This document shows, piece by piece, positions 25,322-32,000 of a stretch of 32,000 nt of DNA. The number at the start of each line of letters is the position of its first letter. The first letter of the stretch is position 1. The notes below the pieces were generated by a model. That model saw nothing but the letters and a program-made list of their open reading frames with translations, ran no database searches and was not told the origin of the DNA. A program made the translations under genes and the position numbers. The stretch comes from Candidatus Arthromitus sp. SFB-mouse-Japan (GTDB lineage: Bacteria; Bacillota; Clostridia; Clostridiales; Clostridiaceae): contig NC_015913.1 in NCBI RefSeq assembly GCF_000270205.1, positions 1,588,006 to 1,620,005 of the forward strand. Direction: 5' to 3'.

Positions 25322-26023
25322 ATGAAAATAAACGAAAATCTAGTTAGATATAATTTTTCATCAAGACAAGAAACTAAAATAGAATATATTGTTATACACG
25401 ATACTGGAAACACATCCAAAGGAGCAGATGCAAATGCCCATTTCTCATTTTTTAATTCAGCTGACAGACAAGCATCAGCTCACTATTTTGTTGATGATAC
25501 CCAAATATTGAGAATTATTAAAGACTCAGACAAAGCATGGCACTGTGGAGACGGTAAAGGAAAATACGGTATAACAAATGAAAATAGTATTGGAATTGAA
25601 ATGTGTATTAATATAGATGGTGACTTCAGTATAACATTAGATAAAACCATTGAATTAACAGCATACCTTATGAAAAAATATAATATTCCTATAAAAAATG
25701 TTGTGAGACACTATGATGCAAGTAGAAAAGTTTGTCCAAATATAATGAGTAAAAATAACTGGGCTCTATGGAATGAATTTAAATCTGATTTAAATATTTA
25801 TTATAATAATCTGAATCCAAATTCTAATACTATAATTATTTCAGATAATATAAATAATTTTATTGATAATATCTATATAGTATTTTTTTATAGATATCCC
25901 GATGATGAAGGTAAAAATTTTTGGTACAATAAAATAAAATCTAAAAATTCAACAATAGAAAACTTTGTAAATTCTCTAATGGATAGTCAAGAATTCATAG
26001 AAATTAAATCTATGTATATATAA
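25322..26023 (+). CDS. N-acetylmuramoyl-L-alanine amidase (Amidase_2/PGRP type) with a C-terminal DUF4214-like domain
   Basis: Zn ligands are present in IVIHDTGN and VVRHYDASRKVCPN. The C-terminus FFYRYPDDEGKNFWYNKIKS...NSLMDSQEF resembles DUF4214. No signal peptide. I prefer ATG 25322 (GGAG 9 nt upstream) over the track TTG at 25307. Confidence 0.85.
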   Translation: MKINENLVRYNFSSRQETKIEYIVIHDTGNTSKGADANAHFSFFNSADRQASAHYFVDDTQILRIIKDSDKAWHCGDGKGKYGITNENSIGIEMCINIDGDFSITLDKTIELTAYLMKKYNIPIKNVVRHYDASRKVCPNIMSKNNWALWNEFKSDLNIYYNNLNPNSNTIIISDNINNFIDNIYIVFFYRYPDDEGKNFWYNKIKSKNSTIENFVNSLMDSQEFIEIKSMYI

Positions 26024-26028
26024 AAATT

Positions 26029-26059
26029 TATAGCGAAAGCTAATTTAGCTCTCGCTATA
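26029..26059. terminator. Bidirectional terminator candidate (amidase / rsmG)
   Basis: tatagcga-a-agcta-att-tagct-c-tcgctata forms 8+5 bp with one mismatch. It overlaps the rsmG stop codon (complement of 26055-26057). Confidence 0.6.
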
Positions 26060-26756
26060 AACTCTTTTTAGCTATTAATCTATATTCTCTAGGATAAAAT
26101 TCTGGTGTTTTAAATACCTTGTTTATTACTATTAAATTACTATTAAACTCCGGTATATTAATTATATTCTCAAATTCACCTCCCAATATTCTAATGGCAT
26201 TTATTGCTTCATTCAACTCTACCATTGACTTTAACCCTTTGAATGCTATGTATTTACCATTTACTTTGACAAGTGGAAATGACAACTCTAATAATTCATT
26301 TAATCTTGCCATTGCTCTTGACACAACATAATCATATTTTTCTCTATAAATTTTATTATGTGCTAATTCCTCAACCCTTATGTTTATTACTCTAATATTG
26401 TCTAAATTTAATGTAGTTATTACATTATTTAAAAATTTAGTTTTCTTAGATATCGATTCAATTAAATCCACATTAATATCACCGCGTATTATTTTTATGG
26501 GTATCCCCGGAAATCCTGCTCCACTTCCAACATCACACAACTTAGAATTATATTTAATTTTATAATTAAATATTGATAAAGAATCTAGAAAATGTCTTGA
26601 TACAATTTCATCCCTATTTCTTATAGCTGTTAAATTAATATTTTTATTGTATTCTATTAACATTTCCATATATATATTAAATTTTTCATACATCTGATTT
26701 GAAAAATTTATATCTAACTTAGAACAAAATGTTTTCATTATATCAAAGTATTTCAT
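26055..26756 (-). CDS. rsmG: 16S rRNA (guanine527-N7)-methyltransferase RsmG (GidB)
   Basis: SAM motif [21 protein letters not shown], and position downstream of mnmG with a 4-nt overlap. Confidence 0.95.
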   Translation of the reverse strand: MKYFDIMKTFCSKLDINFSNQMYEKFNIYMEMLIEYNKNINLTAIRNRDEIVSRHFLDSLSIFNYKIKYNSKLCDVGSGAGFPGIPIKIIRGDINVDLIESISKKTKFLNNVITTLNLDNIRVINIRVEELAHNKIYREKYDYVVSRAMARLNELLELSFPLVKVNGKYIAFKGLKSMVELNEAINAIRILGGEFENIINIPEFNSNLIVINKVFKTPEFYPREYRLIAKKSL

Positions 26757-28636
26757 ATATTATTCCTCTTAAATAATTCAATATATAATATAAGAACAGA
26801 TATATCAGCTGGAGATACCCCAGATATCCTCATAGCCTGACCTATACTAGTTGGTCTTATAGAATTTAATTTCTGAATTGCTTCTTGTCTTAATCCTTTT
26901 ATATCACTATAATTTATATTTAATGGAATTAATTTATTCTCCATTTTTTTGAAGTTTTTAACCTCATCCTCTTGTTTTTTTATATAACCGTCATATTTTA
27001 TTACCACATTAATTTGATCAATTATATCTTTATCTATTATAGTAGGTCTATCTTTATCCAATAAGTATAAAATATTATAGTCTAATTCTGTTCTTTTAAT
27101 TAATTCATATAATGTAGTTGGTTTTTTTAATGGTTTTGAATTTATAGATTCTAATATTCTATTAGTTTCAGAAGAATTATTTATTATCACATTATTTATC
27201 CTATTTAACTCATCGTTTAAAATTTTTACTTTTAATTTGAATATATTATACCTATAATTATCTACTAAACCAATTTCATATCCTTTATCTGTTAATCTTA
27301 AATCAGCATTATCTTGTCTTAATAATAGTCTATACTCAGCTCTCGATGTCATCATTCTATAAGGTTCATTTGTTCCTTTATTTATAAGATCATCAATTAA
27401 AACCCCAATATATCCATCACTTCTATCTAATATAAATGGCGATCTATTTTTCACATATAATGCTGCATTAATTCCAGCTACTATACCTTGTGCTGCTGCT
27501 TCTTCGTATCCGGATGTTCCATTTATCTGTCCTGCTGAAAACAATCCTCTAATACTTTTTAATTCTAATGTATGTCTAAATTCTTTAGTATCCAAAACAT
27601 CATATTCTATAGCATAACCTGTCCTCATTACTTGAATATTTTCACAACCTCTTATAGTTTTTATCATTTCAATTTGTATGTTTTCAGGTAAAGATGACGA
27701 CATTCCTTGTAAATACATTTCATTTGTATTTAATCCTTCTGGCTCTATAAAAATTTGATGCCTATTTTTGTCACCAAATCTCATTATTTTATCTTCAATT
27801 GATGGACAATACCTGGGTCCAATACCACTTATAGTTCCATTATAAATTGGTGATTTATCTATGTTATTCTTTATTATATTATGTGTTTCAGAATTAGTAT
27901 AAGTTAAATAACAATCTACCTGTTTTCTATCTATATTTTTATTAAGAAATGAAAATGGAGTTATTTCATAATCACCTGCATGAACTTCTACTTTCGAAAA
28001 ATCAATACTCAACTTATTTACTCTAGCGGGGGTTCCTGTTTTAAACCTCCTTATACTCATTCCCAAATCAACCAATTTACTTGTTAAAAACTTCGAATTT
28101 GATAAACCATTGGGACCTGAATCAAATATATTATCACCAATTATAACCTTAGAATTTAAATATACACCTGTACAAATTACTATAGACTTACATTTAAAAT
28201 AAGAACCCGTTGTTAATTTTAGTCCCTTTATTTTATTTTTCTCAATATCTATATCCTTAACTTCTCCCTGAACTATACTTAAATTTTCTTGAGTTTCCAA
28301 AATATATTTCATGTAGTTTTGATATTGTACTTTATCTATTTGGAATCTTAATGAATGAACTGCAGGTCCTTTTGACATATTAAGCATTCTTGCTTGAATA
28401 ACACACTTATCCGCACTTAATCCCATCTGTCCACCTAACGCATCAATTTCTCTCACCAGATGTCCTTTTGCAGTTCCTCCTATACTAGGATTACAAGGCA
28501 TAAATCCAATTGAATCTAAATTTAATGTTATAAGTAAAGTTTTAACTCCCATTCTTGCAGAAGCAAGAGATGCCTCAATGCCAGCATGTCCTCCACCTAT
28601 AACAACTACAGAAAACTCTCCCCTTAAATAACTCAT
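26753..28636 (-). CDS. mnmG: tRNA uridine-5-carboxymethylaminomethyl modification enzyme MnmG (GidA)
   Basis: FAD motif [32 protein letters not shown], and [15 protein letters not shown]. Confidence 0.97.
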   Translation of the reverse strand: MSYLRGEFSVVVIGGGHAGIEASLASARMGVKTLLITLNLDSIGFMPCNPSIGGTAKGHLVREIDALGGQMGLSADKCVIQARMLNMSKGPAVHSLRFQIDKVQYQNYMKYILETQENLSIVQGEVKDIDIEKNKIKGLKLTTGSYFKCKSIVICTGVYLNSKVIIGDNIFDSGPNGLSNSKFLTSKLVDLGMSIRRFKTGTPARVNKLSIDFSKVEVHAGDYEITPFSFLNKNIDRKQVDCYLTYTNSETHNIIKNNIDKSPIYNGTISGIGPRYCPSIEDKIMRFGDKNRHQIFIEPEGLNTNEMYLQGMSSSLPENIQIEMIKTIRGCENIQVMRTGYAIEYDVLDTKEFRHTLELKSIRGLFSAGQINGTSGYEEAAAQGIVAGINAALYVKNRSPFILDRSDGYIGVLIDDLINKGTNEPYRMMTSRAEYRLLLRQDNADLRLTDKGYEIGLVDNYRYNIFKLKVKILNDELNRINNVIINNSSETNRILESINSKPLKKPTTLYELIKRTELDYNILYLLDKDRPTIIDKDIIDQINVVIKYDGYIKKQEDEVKNFKKMENKLIPLNINYSDIKGLRQEAIQKLNSIRPTSIGQAMRISGVSPADISVLILYIELFKRNNI

Positions 28637-28643
28637 AAATTAC

Positions 28644-30008
28644 CTACTTTCCAATACAAAATTTCGAAAATATGTTGTCAATAATTGATTCTGTTACATC
28701 TTCCCCTGTTATATTCATTACAAAACTTAATGCTCTTCTAACATCTATAGATACAATATCTAACGGAATAGAATTGCTTAACGAAGTTATAGCATTATTT
28801 AAAAATATTCTTGCATTATTCAAAGCCTCAACATGACGTGAATTAGTTAAAACTATAGAATCCCCTATAAAATCCAAATCGTTTAATATAAATTTATCTC
28901 TAATAATTTTTTCTAAGTCCTCGAATCCTATATCATCCTTAACTGATAAATTAATTATATTATCTATTAATAAATCTTCAAGATGTCTACTTACATAATT
29001 TTTATCAATTAAATTCTTAATTTCACACTTATTTATTATAACAATTACATTTTTATTTTTTACCAAATCATATATTTTAAAATCATCCTCACTAAGCTCC
29101 CTTGTTCCATCTAATAAAAATAATATCAAATCACTTTCACTTATCTTCTTCATTGCCATATTAATACCTATAGTTTCTACTATATCTGCACTTTCCCTTA
29201 TTCCAGCAGTATCAAATAAATTTAATATAATCCCTCTAAAATTAACACTCTCTTCTATCACATCTCTAGTAGTTCCAGGAATATCTGTTACAATTGCCTT
29301 ATCAAATCTACAAAAATAATTTAACAATGATGATTTCCCAACATTCGGTTTGCCCACAATACAAGTAGAAATACCTTCTTTTATTAAATTGCCTTGATCC
29401 TTATACTTTAGTATATCATTTACACTCTCTATAATATTTATCAAATTCTTTCTTATATCATCTGAATATATTTCCTCTACCTCATCTTCAAAATCAATAA
29501 TTACTTCTATTTTAGAAATTATATTTAAAATATCATCTTTAATTATTTTTAATTTATTATATAATTTACCTAATTTTTGATTAATAGCACATTTGAGCTC
29601 AATATCTGACTTAGCATAAATTAAATCCACTATTGATTCTGCCTTTGTCAAATCTATTTTACCATTAATAAATGCTCTCTTTGTAAATTCTCCATGATCA
29701 GCCACTCTAGCTCCAAGACTAACAACTAAATTAAGTATTTTATTAGTGATAAGTCTTCCACCATGACAATTAATTTCTATTATATCCTCACCTGTAAAAC
29801 TTTTTGGTGCCTTCATAAAACTTACTAATACCTCATCATAAATCTCCCCATCATATTTTATAAATCCATACTTAATTTCATTTGGATTTAATTCTTTTTT
29901 AGTATGAAAAATTTTTTCTGCAATCTCTAAACTCTTATCTCCAGAAATTCTTATTATATTTACAGCACTACTAGATAATGCTGTTGCTAATCCAACAATC
30001 GTACTCAT
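28644..30008 (-). CDS. mnmE: tRNA modification GTPase MnmE (TrmE/ThdF)
   Basis: G1 motif GKPNVGKSS, DTAGIRE, NKCE, and the C-terminal CIGK tetrapeptide. Confidence 0.97.
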   Translation of the reverse strand: MSTIVGLATALSSSAVNIIRISGDKSLEIAEKIFHTKKELNPNEIKYGFIKYDGEIYDEVLVSFMKAPKSFTGEDIIEINCHGGRLITNKILNLVVSLGARVADHGEFTKRAFINGKIDLTKAESIVDLIYAKSDIELKCAINQKLGKLYNKLKIIKDDILNIISKIEVIIDFEDEVEEIYSDDIRKNLINIIESVNDILKYKDQGNLIKEGISTCIVGKPNVGKSSLLNYFCRFDKAIVTDIPGTTRDVIEESVNFRGIILNLFDTAGIRESADIVETIGINMAMKKISESDLILFLLDGTRELSEDDFKIYDLVKNKNVIVIINKCEIKNLIDKNYVSRHLEDLLIDNIINLSVKDDIGFEDLEKIIRDKFILNDLDFIGDSIVLTNSRHVEALNNARIFLNNAITSLSNSIPLDIVSIDVRRALSFVMNITGEDVTESIIDNIFSKFCIGK

Positions 30009-30022
30009 TACTTCCTACCTCC

Positions 30023-30055
30023 AAATAAAAAAAGAGTTGTCTTACAAACAACCCT
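30023..30055 (-). terminator. Weak intrinsic terminator/attenuator between yidC and mnmE
   Basis: On the minus strand AGGGUUGU / ACAACUCU form 8 bp (including one G-U) with a 7-nt loop, followed by UUUUUUAUUU. Confidence 0.45.
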
Positions 30056-30059
30056 ATAA

Positions 30060-30752
30060 CTAATTTTTTAATATTACCTTATCATTATTTCTAAATACAT
30101 TATTTATTATAACACTTATTATAATTGAAATTATGTTAGAAAAAACATAGTATATTCCTACTGCTGAGGAAACAGATATTGTAAATACCCCAAGCATAAC
30201 TGATAATACAATATTCATAATCCTACTTTGTTGAGCTTGAGTTTTACTATCTTCCGATACTGGTGTAGGTATACTTAATTTGCCTTGTAAAAAACCAGTT
30301 ATAACAGCCAATATTGGCAGTATAAAATACGGATCTTTAGTCGCTAAATTAGGAATCCATAAAAATGAAATCGTATTTTCCTGTAAACCTGGTAATCTCA
30401 AAAATAATTGAAAAAATAATAAAAGTATCGGCAATTGTATAAATGTAGGTAAACATCCAGATAATGGATTGATTTTATAATCTTTATATAATTGTAATAT
30501 TTGTTGTTGCTGTTTTTGTGGATCAGATTTATACTTTGCTTGTATTTTTTGAAGCTCTGGTTGTATTTTTTGTAAAACTTTTGTTGTCTTTACTTGTTTT
30601 ATATGTAATGGTAGGGTAATTACTTTTATAATTATTATAGCTAATATAATTGTTAACCCATATGATAAATTAACATTTGGAATAATATTGAAAACCACAT
30701 TATGTAATCCCTCAAACCCCTTAATCAATAAATTAATTATACTATCAAACAA
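30060..30752 (-). CDS. yidC: Membrane protein insertase YidC/SpoIIIJ (short Gram-positive type)
   Basis: TTG start with AAGGGGGA 7 nt upstream. Motifs are ITLPLHIKQ, QPELQKIQAKYK, NPLSGCLP.FIQLPI, and FLWI.NL...DPYFILPI. Confidence 0.9.
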   Translation of the reverse strand: MFDSIINLLIKGFEGLHNVVFNIIPNVNLSYGLTIILAIIIIKVITLPLHIKQVKTTKVLQKIQPELQKIQAKYKSDPQKQQQQILQLYKDYKINPLSGCLPTFIQLPILLLFFQLFLRLPGLQENTISFLWIPNLATKDPYFILPILAVITGFLQGKLSIPTPVSEDSKTQAQQSRIMNIVLSVMLGVFTISVSSAVGIYYVFSNIISIIISVIINNVFRNNDKVILKN

Positions 30753-30820
30753 TTATTAATCCCCCTTAAAACTATCAATACATTATAATTCTAATACAAA
30801 AAATATAAAAAGTACATTGT

Positions 30821-31036
30821 TTATTTTAATGGATCATATCCCCCTTTGAAGAATGGATTACATTTACAAATCCTTACAATCACTAAAAAAGTAGCCTTAA
30901 TAAAACCGTATTTCTTATAAGCTAAAATAGCATAATTAGAACATGTTGGATAAAACTTACACCTAGGCATTGTATAAGATGATATATATTTTTGATAAAT
31001 TTTTATTATTCTTATAATAAGCTTTTCATACCTCAT
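30821..31036 (-). CDS. yidD: Membrane protein insertion efficiency factor YidD
   Basis: YQKYIS....[12 protein letters not shown].....YG..K......RI.KCNPF..GGYDP is the YidD signature. ATGA overlap with rnpA. Confidence 0.9.
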   Translation of the reverse strand: MRYEKLIIRIIKIYQKYISSYTMPRCKFYPTCSNYAILAYKKYGFIKATFLVIVRICKCNPFFKGGYDPLK

Positions 31037-31371
31037 AACAATATTAAACTCTTATTAAACAAATCATTAATACTCTTCTCTATCTCTCCGTAAATTCTAT
31101 CTTTAGCTGCCATTCTTACAATAAATACTATATCATATCCATTTTTTAATTTATGCAAATTTAACCTATAAACCTCATAAATAAGTCTCCTTATTTTATT
31201 TCTAATAACACTTTTGCCTACTTTTTTACTTACACTTATACCTAGTCTATTAATATCTAAATTTTTTTTATTTTTATATATATATAGTATAAATAATTTA
31301 TTAGAAAATGATCTTCCTCTATTATATACAATTCTAAAATCATAATTTTTCTTAATTTTATAAACCTTCAT
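31033..31371 (-). CDS. rnpA: Ribonuclease P protein component
   Basis: [42 protein letters not shown] (the RNR motif), and position between rpmH and yidD. Confidence 0.9.
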   Translation of the reverse strand: MKVYKIKKNYDFRIVYNRGRSFSNKLFILYIYKNKKNLDINRLGISVSKKVGKSVIRNKIRRLIYEVYRLNLHKLKNGYDIVFIVRMAAKDRIYGEIEKSINDLFNKSLILL

Positions 31372-31393
31372 AATTAAAATGTAATCTCCCTCA

Positions 31394-31443
31394 AAATATC
31401 AAAGAGGCACATTTTTGAAATAAAAAGTGCCTCTTTGATATTT
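31394..31443 (-). terminator. Strong hairpin between rpmH and rnpA (attenuator or processing stem)
   Basis: Perfect 17-bp stem aaatatcaaagaggcac (31394-31410) / gtgcctctttgatattt (31427-31443) with a 16-nt, partly self-complementary loop. On the minus strand it is followed by UUUG and then the rnpA SD GAGGGAG. Confidence 0.6.
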
Positions 31444-31447
31444 CATA

Positions 31448-31582
31448 TTAATAAGTTAACTTTTTTCTTCCTCTTAGTCTTCTTCTTTTTATGATAGCTC
31501 TTCCAGAAGCAGTTCTCATTCTTTTTCTAAATCCATGCTCCTTTTTACGCTGTCTCTTTTTTGGTTGATATGTCATAAACAT
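31448..31582 (-). CDS. rpmH: 50S ribosomal protein L34; not in the ORF track
   Basis: I translated it manually as [44 protein letters not shown] (44 aa). The GGGGTGG SD is well spaced for ATG 31582. An alternative in-frame ATG lies at 31576. Confidence 0.9.
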   Translation of the reverse strand: MFMTYQPKKRQRKKEHGFRKRMRTASGRAIIKRRRLRGRKKLTY

Positions 31583-31627
31583 GAAACCACCCCATTTTAA
31601 TTAATTTCTAAACTTTCACTTTTGTAA

Positions 31628-31656
31628 ATTATATATCTAATTTCTAATTGTGTCAA
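31628..31656 (-). promoter_or_regulatory. Consensus sigma-A promoter of rpmH-rnpA
   Basis: On the minus strand: TTGACA (31656-31651), 17 nt spacer, TATAAT (31633-31628). Both hexamers are perfect. Confidence 0.6.
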
Positions 31657-31732
31657 TTATTATTTTACAAACTTTAATTTATCTAATTAATTATTGAACG
31701 AGTGTACAATATTATGATATTATGTTCTTACT

Positions 31733-31937
31733 TGTTGATAACTATATTTAATTTTAATATTTTTATCAACAACTCAAATTATTGTTTAAATATTTGTGTA
31801 TTTTGTTTTATTCTTATGATTTTTACTGCATTTTTTGTAGTTAATGTTTTGTTTATAACTTTCTTATAGATATTTTTTTTTGAACTTATACATACTATTA
31901 TTTTAAATATATATTCAATATATATCTTTGTTTATAA
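31733..31937. promoter_or_regulatory. DnaA-box-like repeat cluster in the rpmH-dnaA spacer (oriC candidate, upstream half)
   Basis: TGTTGATAA (31733-31741) and its exact inverse TTATCAACA (31763-31771) each differ by 1 mismatch from TGTGGATAA/TTATCCACA. A 13-nt direct repeat ttgtttataactt occurs twice, carrying TGTTTATAA at 31850-31858 and 31929-31937 (2 mismatches). The background is extremely AT-rich. GGAGG at 31988-31992 sits at the window edge where dnaA should begin. Confidence 0.5.
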
Positions 31938-32000
31938 CTTGTTATTAATTTGTTAATTATTAATCATATCAAAATTTTTTATTTATTGGAGGTAATGTTT

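Noticed and set aside
590-26565. Short ORFs in the track that lie antisense inside well-supported genes: 590-970, 1646-1840, 1917-2117, 3327-3545, 5874-6140, 8535-8717, 8638-8916, 10117-10347, 11136-11333, 16393-16599, 21167-21355, 21730-21918, 24136-24354, 26119-26331 and 26380-26565.
   Set aside because: Each is fully embedded opposite a CDS with strong family motifs. They have low-complexity or hydrophobic translations typical of the reverse frame of AT-rich genes, no SD, and no recognisable motif.
31995-32000. Start of dnaA at ATG 31995.
   Set aside because: Only 6 nt remain in the window, and the GGAGG at 31988-31992 is just 2 nt from this ATG. The true start is probably a later codon beyond the window, so no CDS can be supported from the sequence given.
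1-32000. Search for tRNA/rRNA genes, CRISPR arrays, IS elements or transposases, integrases and prophage blocks.
   Set aside because: There are no G+C-rich structured islands of tRNA or rRNA size, no regularly spaced direct repeats, no terminal inverted repeats flanking transposase-like ORFs, and no recombinase or phage structural motifs in any of the translated ORFs.

Overview
This is an extremely AT-rich segment (by eye about one quarter G+C, not computed) of a Firmicutes/Clostridia-type chromosome. TGA is used as a stop (ssb, the MBL gene, rnpA), so the standard bacterial code applies. The window ends at the replication origin. The right end carries rpmH-rnpA-yidD-yidC-mnmE-mnmG-rsmG on the minus strand, then a ~0.4 kb AT-rich spacer with DnaA-box-like repeats, then a Shine-Dalgarno at the window edge where dnaA is expected. 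Going leftwards the window holds: an amidase; a small secreted hypothetical; parA-parB on the opposite strand to the usual arrangement, with a parS-like site just upstream; a class-V cysteine desulfurase divergent from a DUF3343 mini-protein; rpsF-ssb-rpsR; DnaD-like and DnaI-like replication loader genes; an M23 peptidase; an intracellular-looking S8 protease preceded by an orphan 166-aa ORF; a DUF1540 small ORF; a murA / MBL-hydrolase / CxxH-CxxC / SEC-C / RlmH-like / RlmH-like operon; dnaB; an XRE-cupin regulator; a Lon-like protease; rplI; metG; an LtaS-family transferase; a BFD-like 2Fe-2S mini-protein; and an ECF transporter module with a fused double ATPase. I saw no rRNA, tRNA, CRISPR, IS or prophage signatures. 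Three real small genes fall below the ORF-track cutoff: rpmH, a CxxH/CxxC protein and a DUF1540 protein. The most unusual item is a tandem pair of reciprocally degenerate RlmH paralogues that looks like an obligate heterodimeric SPOUT methyltransferase. Other points worth a second look are an SD-sequestering hairpin that couples the orphan ORF to the S8 protease, the DUF3343/desulfurase pair, the mosaic head-on gene orientation next to oriC, perfect-palindrome bidirectional terminators built into CDS ends, and the absence of jag and noc from the origin operon.
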